Below are positions 1 through 12,211 of a stretch of DNA of 64,000 nucleotides, in pieces. The translations under genes and the position numbers were made by a program. Within the stretch, counting starts at the first letter, position 1. The number at the start of each line of letters is the position of its first letter. The notes beneath the pieces were generated by a model. The model saw only the letters and a list, made by a program, of their open reading frames with translations. It was not told where the DNA came from and searched no databases. The DNA lies in assembly GCA_965153285.1 (NCBI GenBank), contig OZ229110.1; one strand, 5' to 3'. The DNA is from Podarcis tiliguerta (lineage: Eukaryota).

Positions 1-2194
1 ACTTTTGTTAAGTGCAAGTCAGCATGAACTTGTAGAAGGTAAATCATGTCTCACAAATTAGATTCTTCCCCTCCCCTGCTTCTCTTTTCTCCCGCCCCTT
101 TCCATTCTTTTGGCTAATTAAATAAATATTGATCTTTACAGAAAGGAAAACACAATCTGGATCCTACTGTAAGTTTCTGATTGTTTCATTAATTTGAGGT
201 ATTTTCTTGGTCCCGAAATCATTCATCCCCTTCCACCCACCAACCCAGTAAGGTCATTCCTGTATAGGAAGGGGTCTTTAAGCATCTGATTCAGTGCTAT
301 GCAGAAGCATCATAGTGGTAAGAATCCCTGACCTCAAATTTTGTCATGTGCATTAGATAGATGGAGTGGGGGTGGAGACATAAGAAATTGACAGATAGGT
401 AGTAGAGAATAGGCTAAGGAAGACTCAGAGGGCAGTAAAGGGGCAGTTAAGTGTGGTCCCTTGCAACTCTACAATTCTATGATTCTAAGTGAAGCTCAGC
501 AAAGGAGTTGCTGAAGAAGTGGATCCTTAGAGGAGGAGAAAGAAATGGCTTATTTAACAGAGGGGTTAAGACTGTTCTATCTATAGGGAACCACATGGTA
601 GAAACCACAGAGACAGACACACATTGGACTTCTAGGCAATTGAGATTTTCTAAAAAACACAGAGGAGTGAAAAGGCAATTAGGAAGAGGACCCCATCTAT
701 ATGGCAAAGTCACATTGGTTTTATACCTTTCATGACAGAGAATTCTGGAAATGGTAGTTTCATGCTGTGATTTATAAGAGATCTCTTCTCCCACACCACC
801 ACCCATCCCACATCAGGTGTACAATTTTCAGGGTTGAGGGACTGTAAAGTCTATTTAAGTCTACAAAATGGATATGACCAGGTATTGGGGCAGGGAGATT
901 TCAAGGTGGATCTGACACTTAGACCTGACACTGTTTCGAATAATGGAATCTGCTGTGTTTGGTGGGGTGAGTGCCTGCCGGCAAGGCAAGATAAAGCTCA
1001 TGTTCTGTGCTTTTCATGTGCCAAAAATTGTAATGCGTTGTTTGTTACAACTTACAGCGAGGATGTTGTTGTGTCACACAGTAATCAGGAAGGCATAACA
1101 GGTTAGAAAGTGGGAGATGGAATGTTATCCAGAATTTCCTGGAGCTCTGCCATTCCTTCCATTCTAAATGAACCGAAGTGGTGGTCAGACAGGGCACCCC
1201 AACACCTCTGACATAGTGGGAAGGGGCGCAAAGGGTTAACAGTCAATGGTCTATGATGATACAGAGGTTTCCAAAGCCATCTCTAGTATTTTATTTTTGT
1301 TTCTTCAAACCTCCCTGTTCAAAAGCTGTGCTTTAGCCACAGCATATTTCATCTGTGTTTTAACCACAACATATTTCAAAGAAAGCAAGATCTAATGACA
1401 AGGAGGTGGAACCTGCATGAGGGTGATTCGGGCATTCAAGTACATATGGATGAGATGTAAATGCTGTTGATGGCAGTAACCCATCGATCATTTCACTGAT
1501 AACCTGCCAAGACACTGATGATTCAGAGAGGGGGGGGGGGATATCTTCTGCCTGCTTTGTGCAGAATATTCTGGGTTCTGCTGTCAGATCTTTTAGCCAA
1601 GGTTGTGGCTGAATTTTTCAAGTCATCTAATCAGCCATTCATGTTCCATTAATTAGCAATAGCTTCTACAGTCCTTTGATGGTGTTGTGTTCTGTTCAGC
1701 ACGAATGCATATTGTAATAGGAGTTGTTTACATCATGCATTAGGTTGCAGCTCCTTACACCATTCCCTGCTCAGCCAGGTTGTTTGGGCTGTAATAGCGC
1801 ACACTATTAAAACATAAGCACCTGCTGTTTTAGATACTGCGCTTCCAAGTGAGAGTTCCAAAAGGGCCATACACACAAGCAAGGGTTATCAGTCTGCTGG
1901 TAATCATGATTGTAATGATCCATGGTATGAGGAAGGGGATTTTCTATCCTGCCTATATATTGGCTGATCATAGTACTCACGAGTTGCCAACCAGCTGAGT
2001 GAGGAAAAGACACACACCCCATGCAGCCCCAAGGGCAAAATTATGTGTGAGGGTTCTCCTAAATTTAATTTTGCTGAGTATGCAAGTAGGCTTCACATGC
2101 AGGAATCTGGGTCTGCACTAAAAGCACAAAGAATGTTAAAAAATCCCCCCAACTGCAATAAATATAAATGAACAAGAAGATAGCTTGACCAAAC

Positions 2195-2490
2195 ACCTTT
2201 CTCCCCTTATGCAGATGTTCTAGGTTCAATACATGGCATCTTGACGTAAAATATTTTTCGGTTGCAGATCTGGGACCTATGCCCAAGATGTAACAGAGCT
2301 GTAACCATTCAGAGTAAATCAGCCTTCCCCAACCTAGTGTTCTCCAGATGTTTTGGAGTGTAACTCTCACCACTGGCTGTGCTAAGGGAGGCTGGTGGGA
2401 GTTGGGAGTCTCCACCTACTGGAAGGGCAGGCTGGAGCAGACAGTACTGTACTAAATCATTGTCTGAGATTATAAAGTGGCTTCATATCT
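2195..2490 (+). mobile_element. Degraded tRNA-derived squamate SINE (Squam3-like) interrupted by a hAT MITE
   Basis: B-box-like AGGTTCAATAC...GGCATC at about 2222. The body CAGAGTA...AGACAGTACTGTACTAAAT is split by the insert at about 2320-2438. Confidence 0.45.
2320..2438. mobile_element. hAT (URR1/Charlie-like) palindromic MITE
   Basis: CAGCCTTCCCAACC...CCAGATGTTTTGGA..AACTCTCA...TGGGAGTTG...CTGGAAGGGCA; same family as 17358-17475. Confidence 0.65.
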
Positions 2491-2492
2491 TC

Positions 2493-2665
2493 GTAAGATG
2501 TGACCTACTCAATCAGGAATAGGGGGTCCATCTAATCCAAAATCCTTTACCAACAGTGGTTAGCAGGAAGCCTCCAAACAATGGCAATGGTTCTCCTCTG
2601 TTTGCTCCACAGCAAACCAAACCAGAGCATCTCTAGACCCGAGGATACCATATAGCAACCATGAG
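2493..2665 (-). mobile_element. Old CR1 LINE 3' fragment
   Basis: GGTCCATCTAATCCAAAATCC...CAACAGTGG pattern, shared with the copies at 44884-45120 and 47545-47720. Confidence 0.45.
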
Positions 2666-4745
2666 AAATACAGTCCTGGTTGGCACATCATGCTAAGCCA
2701 AACCATAACATAGCAAGTATGAGCAAGCTCCTAGGGAGGAGCTTGTAGTCTTCCCCAGTCATCCAAATCTCGATTCATAGTTCAGCCTATCCTTGAGCTG
2801 TAACCAAGTTTTTTTTCATGGTTTACAGCTAGTTTGTGGCTAGTCTTAAGAGAGCTAGATCACGAGTGGAGAACAATGTGGTAAACGTCAGCTGAGCTCA
2901 GTGCAGCATATCAGAAAGGGGGGGGGAAAGGACCAAGGAGAATGTAGAATTATACAGAACATTTATGGTATCATATCAGACTTGTAAACAAAAGATGAAT
3001 GGCCAAACTGGCTCAAAACTCAGATATAGGTCCCAAGCTATTCAAGACAAGAGACTTGTCCTTTGCTGCCCTTGCCTCTGCTGCCAGTGCCAGCCACATA
3101 CCCAGAGAAAAGAGCTTGGCAGGAGGAGGAAGGTGTCCTTTGGAAGCGGATCAGGAGCAACAGGCCCAGTCATGTAGGGCTGCAAGGAAAGGGAATGTCG
3201 TAGATTGTGGGCCAGGCAGGATTAGTGAAGAAAAAGACCCCAATAAAAGGGGATGGTTGGAGCCTAGAACCACTGGTGCTTGGACATGCCACAATGAATG
3301 GGTGGCTCTTGGTGACGAGGGAATGAAGCAATAGGAAGTGTGTTTGTGTGTGAGAGTGAAGGAGGGAGGGAGGATTTGCAAAATACAGCCTTGTAACTTC
3401 CAGTTACAGGAATTATTTCAGGTTGCAGAGAAATTTCCACAATACAGCCTTCCTTCTGTCAACAGAAAGAAAGCCGGTTTCATCAGTCTGGTGCAGTACC
3501 CTTGGTGAAAGGGATATTGAATCGTGTGATATGTGGTTCATTAACCACCCAGAGATACACACCTAGATGCTGCAGGGGAAATGTCAGTGCTGGAGACGGG
3601 GAAACAGAGCCTCTGCTCTCCTCCCATCCCCTGAAGAATAATAATTTCAGATGGAGCGGCAATCTTAAAAAAAAATCAGAGGACCTTCCAGCTGTGAAAT
3701 GAGAAATAAAACTAGAAGGGGGATGTGATGTTCCAAAGCACTGCCTGACTTCTCAATGTCTTGTTCCCTTGTGGATGGTCATTTTTACTGCTGCTGAAAA
3801 TAACACTTGCGGGGTCCAGGGAGGCAGAGATAGCACAGAAGACTTTGAACCACCTTTCCTTTCCCAGGAGGTGTTTGCAGCTGGGCTAGAAACAGGCTTG
3901 TGGAGTTTTTTTACCCTTCTATCCCCTGGAAAGCGCAAGATGGCAATCTCCTATCTTTTAATTTGATAGGTTGCTCTTTCACTTTTACTGGCTGTTTTCT
4001 TTCTTCACCCTTGATTCCCATGTGTGGGCTGGCAGAAGCAGTGATGCAGCCCCAGCAAGAACCTCCTTCCTGTAGTGACCCTTCTGTTGTACATCGTTTG
4101 AAGCTGCAGCATCAATCTGTTGACAGTTTAGCCATCAGTCAAAAGCTTGATGAATTGCAGCAGTCTGGAAAGTTAGTAACGGTTTCTCCTTGAGACCCAT
4201 CTCTTCACCGCGTGGCTTTAAAATTGAGACTCTTGGCTAGATTAGCAAATCATTTATTCCATCCCCTCAACCCTCCCCCCCCCCCAACAAAAAAAGTGAA
4301 ATGCAAATTTTGGTTCTTACGATTTACATGTGTAACAAAGCCTACCCCCCCCCCCCACCTTCCGGCATTTAAGAATGTTTGCCGCTTGAGTGGCAAAGCA
4401 CATGTTTTCAGTGGGCAGAGTCTGATATGAAAGGGAATGGTTTGCAGGTGGGAAACAGCATTATTTTTATTGCATTATCCCGCAGCTCTAAATATCACTT
4501 CAAGGGATGCTTGATTTACATAATGCCTGCTAGGAAGAGAAAGCAAGGAGGCTTACTGAGGAGGAACAAAAAGGATTTAGCAGTACAGCTTAGCTGAAAG
4601 CTATTAGTCTCTTCCCCTGACCCTCTTTAATTCATTGGGTCGAGTCAAATTGAGCAGTCAGCCATGCTCGGGAGGTGTGGCTCTCATGCAGTGAAGATTA
4701 CACCGGCAGAGCAATGATGCATCTTACAGAGGTGTCATTACCTTA

Positions 4746-4773
4746 TGGCGGCGGCGGCAGCAGCAGCAGCAGC
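4746..4773. repeat. Compound (GGC)4(AGC)5 microsatellite
   Basis: ggcggcggcggcagcagcagcagcagca read directly. Confidence 0.9.
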
Positions 4774-5189
4774 AAGCCAAGCAGGCTTGTCACATTCGTC
4801 TTATTTAAGATCAGTGGATGCTGCCACTTAAGGGTTTGAATGTTTGCCTCTGTCAAATTTATGTGGAATATTAGCAGCCATTCACTAGCTCTGAATCTTT
4901 GCTGTCTGCTGTGCTGCAGTATAAAGTCGGGAGTGTGTTGCTGTTGTTGGGACGTTCCAAGCAAAACCAGCCTTGGGCTTTGACCACTTCTAGTGCAGGC
5001 CCTTTTGTTATCTTGAGGCGGGATACAAGGCTCCCCACAATCACACACAAACACACAATTGAGAGGCCCCACTGTTACATATTCCCTCATCCTCTCCTCT
5101 CTTTTCCCCACTTTTCATTCCAGTCTGGGTTTTGTATCATATGGGAAGGCTTCAAAGCCCCCCAACCCTTGTTTGACCAGAGTTGGTAC

Positions 5190-5358
5190 AATCATAGAAT
5201 TGTAGAGTTGGAAAGGATCCTGGGAGTCACCTAGTCCAACCCCCTTTCAATGTGGGAATCTCAGCTAAAGCATCCAAGACAGGTGGCCATCCAACCTCTG
5301 CTTAAGAACCTCCAGTAAAGGAGAGTCCACAACCACCTGAGGGAGTCCGCTCCACTGA
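5190..5358 (-). mobile_element. CR1 LINE 3' end (5'-truncated)
   Basis: Reverse complement of the CR1 tail (ATTCTATGATT, TTCCAACTCTA, GGTTGGACTAG) plus ORF2 end VVDSPLLEVLKQRLDGHLSWML*. Confidence 0.9.
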
Positions 5359-7118
5359 CTACACAGAAAAATACAGTAGATGTTGTTATGACCAGTGAGG
5401 TAGCTTGCAAGGTCTTTAGGTGGCAGGGATGGAAGTGGAAAAGTGGGATGCTCAGTCAGTATCATGCAAGCACATGGCTGCTGAGTGAATGATAGTCTCT
5501 ATTGTATATTGTGGAGATTTGGAGGCAGTCCGTATGCATCTGACTGTGCAGGAAAAACACCTTTGATTTTTGTTTGTTTTATTGTGGAACACTTTAGAGA
5601 TCAATGTGTAAAACAGCCCTTCCATGCATAGAAGACATTCTCACACAGAAAGGCACTTTTGGGTTTAACCCACTTTCCATCTCCTGTCTAAAAGCTTCAT
5701 TGTGTCTGGTGTAGCAGCGGGCAGAAGGTAGATCTGTATCTACTGGTAGATCTGGGTGATTTCAAGATCACCAATTTCTGATGTTCTTTAATAACCAAAT
5801 TAACTCCCTTCCTAAATGATACTCTTGAAATGAAGAAAGGAGGAGTGTCATTGTTGCAGGTGGTTGTGGCTGGGTTGCCATCAGGAATAAACCTTTGTGA
5901 AGAACTTTCAGTGCTGGCAAACAAATGCCTTGTGCTCAGAATTCCTCGACTCTACATGCGTCCTCTGCAGCTGCTTCCGGTTCATGGGTTCTAGTAAAAC
6001 ACAAAGTCTCTCCTGCAAGCATGAAATCTGCCCACCCCTGTTCTAGCGTGACAGGGGGTGCTTTATAAGGAAAGATAATTGTACCTGATGCTATAGACTT
6101 GCTGGCGCTCAAGTGGTTTTTGACCAGGTCAGTGATCTGGTTAAGAGATCACCGAGAGCTACACTTGAGGTCAGAAGAGAGCAAGATACTGTCTGTTTCA
6201 TTTGTAATAGCCACGTCAAGATTATGGAATTATATGTTTAATCCTTTGCAAAGATGCTGTTTTTCACTGTTTCTTTTTCTGAATGTGTTCAAACGTGACA
6301 GACTTCTTTTTCCGGGCACAGAAAAATATATGAGCTAGAAAAAGATAAAGGGTGTGTTGGAATGACAGTGAATTTTTACACCAGCCTTATGGTGGTGCCA
6401 TTAAAAGGAATTAATTAATAAATGCCCGGCAAAGGAAGGGGGAGAAGAAGAAATCCCTTATTTAAACATCAGCAATTAAAATGACACCTACATCCCACCT
6501 CCATTTTTTCTCCATGCTGTTGACAACTACTTGTAACTTTCTTGGTTGTTAATTTTCTTCAGCCATCCTTTTCCCCTCAAATGTGACCATGCCTTGTTAC
6601 TTGCACTGTAGCTTACAGAAGTGACACACTTAATATCGGGGGGTGCAAACCTGGATATCTACCAGTGGAGATGGAGATCAGGTAAATGCGCACCTGCTCT
6701 TCCAAAGCAAAAGAGAAATGCCCTTTTGGTTTACTCTTGGGAGGGAGCTGGAGTGAAACATGTAGATGGGACCCCAGTCTCAGTTGCACAGTGGCGGGTG
6801 ATGGAGATGGTGGTGACGACCATCAAGCATCATGTCACCAATATGGGAAAGTCATGTCTGCAAATCTGGAGAAACCCATAGAGCTTGGTTTGCAGTAGTG
6901 GCTTGGCTCAGATTGCCCAAAACACTGGCAAAGCCAGGAGGAGTCGTGGCCCTATCCACAGAGAGGTCTCTGTAGAGAGCTACAAAATACTTAAGGCGAC
7001 ACCTTAGAAGAGGGAAGGTACTAATATAAAATCGCATTAGAAAATGGAATATGTGAGCTTTTTAGACAAGGGAGGGAAATGAGTGTATCTATAAATTTCT
7101 CTGTTTTCTCCCCCACAG

Positions 7119-7274
7119 ACACTTAACAAGAACAATTTAATACCAGATGACAGGACCAACTTCTATCCTTTGCAGCAAACAAATGTGTACACAACCACCT
7201 ATTACCCCAGTACACTGAATAAGTATGACTACAGGCCTGAGGCCTCCCCTGGAAGGACCTTTACCAACAGCTGA
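7119..7274 (+). CDS. SEMA5B: Semaphorin-5B, last coding exon (cytoplasmic tail)
   Basis: Polypyrimidine tract and acceptor ccccacAG|ACA (phase 0). Translates TLNKNNLIPDDRTNFYPLQQTNVYTTTYYPSTLNKYDYRPEASPGRTFTNS*, which I recognise as the SEMA5B C-terminus. Convergent with SLC49A4 as in mammals. I found no upstream exon in 1-7118. Confidence 0.96.
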   Translation, partial: TLNKNNLIPDDRTNFYPLQQTNVYTTTYYPSTLNKYDYRPEASPGRTFTNS

Positions 7275-10200
7275 TGATGGACACCAAGAACTGGATCGCT
7301 TCCTTTATGATTTTTATTTTTTAAATTGAGTTTATGGACCAAATATTGGCCCAGTCTCTAGATGTAAATATTATACAGTGGGCCTTTTATTTTCTCTTTT
7401 ATCAGTGGTCTTACTTTTGAGTAGTACATCTCCTTAAGTGGACCCACTGCTTATGGACAATGGACCATCTTGCCTAAGATTTTTTGAGGAGTCCTCAGCT
7501 AGAGACATCACATACTGCTATGGATATTTATGGCTGGAGATGCCTTTGTGTCTGATGCCATGACAGTCCAAGAACCAACCATTATGTGCTAACTTTGTGT
7601 GGAATGGTACTTGGCTACCCAGCACTGCTTCAGAAACTCAGTGGACATGGAAGACAAATGCCTTCAACACGCTGAGATGCGTCCTTCGTAAGCCTACAGG
7701 TTAATGGTAGTATGAATGTCATCCACAAGAGAAGCCTTATCGAACATTGTGCTCAAGATTCTGGTGTTTAGGTTTGGGGGTTGATCAGTGTGTCATCACC
7801 ATTTCCTGTGACACGTTGAAATAATATGCAGCCTTCAATGGAAGATAAAGTCTAGTGAGATAAACAGAACAAAGATAAGGTACTTCACGCAAAACTAATA
7901 TTTTGAAACATTTCCAGCCATAGTTTTGAGGGAAATGTAGGATGACATTACCTGAAGTATAGGTTTGGGTGCTTGAAGCATGGGCTCTGGGTAGAAGAGA
8001 ATTTATCCCACTGGGGAAAATATGATGAGTGGAACAAGAGCCATGGAATATCTTGATTTTGGAAGGGGTGGGGCAACTATTTTCTTTTAACTTTGATTGT
8101 GGTAGTCTCTTAAGGAGCTGCTAGATTGATGGCCTTGCTGTCCTTGTTGAAATCACCAAGCTTTGTGCTAATGCTGATTTTATTTTTTATAATTTTTTAT
8201 TCACTTGGGGAAAAAATGTTTTGAGTTCAGTTTGTCTCTGAAGAATGTCTTCATAGCATAGTCTAACCCATAAAGCCTACTGCAGATTCCTTCAGTGTCT
8301 TCCAGCTAGTACTTCTCCATGGGAGTACAATGTGCACCATCAGTTGACAGTGTCCTTCTGTGTCTGAGCAAGAAGAAGAAAAAGTAATTCTGCTTCGGTA
8401 AAGGTAAAAAATGGGGTCTGTAGCCTTTTCAAATAATAATAATCCAGTCCAGTTTTGAAATGTTATTCTTTGTATATCTGTGATTGTGTTAGACCAGTGC
8501 AGAAGCCATGTCGTCTTTGGACAGGTGATTGTCTGACATTCATGTCTAGCCAATGCACACCACGCTTTAATGGACATTCCCAGTGTGTCTGGCAATGTGA
8601 GCGAGTTTGCCATTGTTGTTCAGCATAACTCCTGGTGCTAAGAGATGGAGACTGCCACAATGCAGAGCATGTAATAAGAGTCCCAGCATGAATGATGAAC
8701 AATTCCAGAGCTTGGGGATTCTCCTCCATATCTTCTTTCAGCAATGACCATATCTATTTGCAGTTGCTGGCTTGACATTTGTCCAAGCTGTTTGTTTTAG
8801 ATTCAGGTTCACTGTCTGGCAGCCAGACCTGTGCTCATTACTGTTGCCACCTTTAAAACACATTTTGGACATATAATCTGAATGATGGCACAGTCGAGAC
8901 CATTAACACAGGCAGGACATGCAAACCGGTCAGTGGCTCTGTGTTCATGATGCAAAATGGCTAGTTTGAATAGGGAGAGCAATCCAGTGCTCATACCAAC
9001 ACCTGATGTTACCTTATGCAACCACATATCATAAAACATTGGTGCCTAAATTGTGAATGGTATACCAATGGCTGAAGTAGTCTGGATGGATGCATGGGCT
9101 GTAGATTTTTGGGGGGATTTAGATATGCAACCTGCTGGGGTTTTGTTATGGTTTTTGCTTCCATGTGCCCATGACTGAGAACTTGATCAAATTGCTACAG
9201 ACTCTAATCCAGACTCTTCTGGGGTTTCTGTTGCACACGTGGCTCTTTTGAGTGCAGAACATCCCATTCACCTGACAAAAGAAAGCTGCTGCACATGCAG
9301 ATCTGTGTTTTCCACCGAAATGATTGGGACACTTGCTCGTAATTGAGCTCCATCTGAGCCTCTATATTGTGTAAGAAATGGCTGGATCAGTGTCCCTGTT
9401 TCAGAGGGTGCTGCAAAATTGTAATTTATTTTGCAACAGTTCTTAAAAAGGTATATATGCAAATGAATTAAACCTTTCGTTCACTCTTTTTTGCCATAAA
9501 ATAAGCCAGATCTATTTTTCAGTTAGATAAAGACTAGAATTTATTTTATTACATAGAATATTTTCCCATTCTGGTTATGCAGCATATCTTTCTTTCTCCA
9601 AATGCCAGAAATCAGGGCAAGCTAGGGGAGGGATATTTTTAGTTAGGATATTCCAAATTCATTCTTCCCAGGCATCTGAATGTGAAGAATGATACCCTTT
9701 CAAAAATATGAATGACAATTGCAACGTGGGTGTGCAGATGCTATTTCAACAGAAAGTAGGGTGAATGGGTGGAAAAGAACATCTGAGCTTTTTAACATTC
9801 CATTAATGTTTGCATGGCAGTACAATTCTTTAGGGGCAACATCTAATGCAAAATAAGAGCAGTTTCTTATCACATGGCAGGTTAATGACATAGGGCATAG
9901 TGACATTCTTGCATCCTAAGTTAATTTAGTGTTTCAGGCACCCAGCTGATAATGTCCACAGTAGAGCGGTCTGATTCTCTAGAGGGGTTTTCTAAACACC
10001 TGGTATTTATTACACTTGGGGTTGTCATAATGGATGTTGTAGTACACACTGGAAATGTATTTGTTTTGGCAGTGTTGCTTTTGACAGCAGGGCTTAGTCA
10101 GCAAGGAAACAAAGTCCCCTCCCAGTGTTTGATGTGGAAACTGAATATGCAAATGTTTGGGAATATCCTTCAGAGGAGCAATGCATTTTTGCCATGGGGA

Positions 10201-12110
10201 AGAGACCCAGCTCTCTTACATCTAGTGGGGCACTTTGCCCAGCAAGTTTCTTTTGAGATTCATGGGATTTCCTAAACCAGTTCTATGTAGCAGGAGGCAG
10301 CCATTAAAGTGTCATTAAGTTGCATGCAACCCCAGAGATGCTGTGAGGACTGTGACCAAATTCTGTACGGTCAAGTGCTACAAAGGATCTCTCATCCACT
10401 TTTTGTTTTACCTTTTTTTAACCACCTTTATAAGCTTAGGCAACATCTACAAGATTCAGTTGAACAGATTTGAAACTAGGGCTTTCATTTTGAGAGGGAT
10501 ATGTTGAACCCAGGGAGTGGGACAGAGAGCAAAGAACACAGCAGATTCAGATTCTTTTAGAACGGAGGTTTAAATAATAGCAACTACAAATCCTGTTTTA
10601 CAAATCATATTTTGTAGGTTGTCCTAACTCTTCACTTTCTCCAGATGCAGGGAAGAAAATGGCTTTTCGTATTTGCGAAGGAAAATGTTAGCTTTTGATT
10701 TCAGAATCATAACCTGTGGTTACTCAAATGTGAGGAACTATCACCCTTGTGTTTTGTCTCTTTTTGAAAAAAATAATAGCTTTTTGCAGGAAAGAAGTAC
10801 GAGCACTACAGTTGCACTGCTCTTATGCATTCTGATACAGCAGTTTCTTACAAGCTGCCATAGAACTCTCCCTCTCAGAAAAGGGGCAGAAGACATATCT
10901 ATCGTTTCATAGCTGTGGAGCTGCTGCTGGAAATTGTTAAAATGAATGTGGCTAAACCTTGCCAGCAAGGGAACCGCACACATCATAGAAGGTGTGCCAG
11001 ACTTTGGCAAGTCCAGTGTGTGGACAGTGCAAGAGCTGATCTAAGTGAGTAACATTTGCTCATCTTTCCTGCTGCTTATCCCAGTGCCCTCTACTGCCAT
11101 AATGTGACTACAGAGAATGTTTAGACTGATAAAGCAGCAAAGCTTAATCACCATACTATATGGGAGCCCTACACAGATTTGCTTTCTCTTTCTGGCAGCA
11201 CCAGTTGTGATGCAGTTTCTTGAACCTGATGATGTTTTGCCACTTCTGCCAAACTAGTAGTGCAGCAATCGAATCTGCCCTTTTGGTTTACGATGAGGAT
11301 TTATATTTTAACAAATATACATTGACTTTATTGCTGCAAAGCTAGTTAAAAACACCCTGCTCTTCAATAATATGCACATTCTAATAGAGAAGGGGGAGAA
11401 CCTTCTTTATGTTAAAAGTAAACCTTTGAAGAATAATGAGGTAATGGCAGTGGAAAGGTGATTTGAGTGTTTATTCATCTCTTGCAGTAGCTCACCTAGG
11501 ACATGAGTTATACATGTGTACCTGCTGCCTTATTTTTTTTATATTTTTTTTTAGAGAATGAACTTAGATGAAGATCGGTGTAGGAAGTGGGTATGATTTG
11601 AATCCCTTTGCAGGGCGGGGGTATAATTTAGGATTGCTCCCCCATTCTAGCATTACAAAATCTAATGTTAAGAAAAAATTATATCCAGCAATCAAACTAA
11701 TTAACTCGGTCCATTTAGTCACACCAAATGTGGGACTTTATTACACAAGCAAAATAAAAATGTAAAGTTCATCATAAAGTCCCCTTACTCAATTCCTGTG
11801 TATGTTTATATATTTATAACACATACAAATGGTATATGTACTGCTGAATGGTCTAAAAATAAATTTAGAATAATAAAAGCAGCACTTGGACTTGAGGATA
11901 GGTTTCAAAGGGGAACCCGAAAGAGAAAATAGGAAAAACTTTTCATAGATGAATGAATTTTGTTGTTCAATTAAAATTGAGGAGTTGACTTTTGTAGCTA
12001 GAACTGTTCATCTTCCCAGCCCACAAAAAATCCATTCCTGTTAAGAATGGCAAAGTAAACAATGTTTGTATTTGCTCATACTTTATGAATAAACAGTCCA
12101 AATTGACTTA
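7275..12110 (+). other. SEMA5B: Putative SEMA5B 3' UTR (long form)
   Basis: Follows the stop codon and has no obvious young TE. ATTAAA at 9467-9472 and 10303-10308; AATAAA cluster at 11753, 11858, 11872 and 12088 in AU-rich, TGTA-rich context. The end point is inferred. Confidence 0.5.
11753..12093 (+). terminator. Cluster of canonical polyadenylation signals (candidate distal SEMA5B pA sites)
   Basis: AATAAA at 11753-11758, 11858-11863, 11872-11877 and 12088-12093; I saw no earlier canonical AATAAA after the SEMA5B stop. Confidence 0.5.
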
Positions 12111-12180
12111 GTATATTGGTCCTATTGTTTTTAATTATCAATAGAGGTGTGTGTAAGAAAAAACTTAAGCTGTAAGTAGG

Positions 12181-12211
12181 AATAATAATAATAATATTAA
12201 TAATAATAATA
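12181..12211. repeat. (AAT)n microsatellite, imperfect
   Basis: Read directly. Confidence 0.85.

Noticed and set aside
1-7118. Search for the penultimate SEMA5B exon (ending ...YTPMEFK)
   Set aside because: Not found by eye; it presumably lies upstream of the window.
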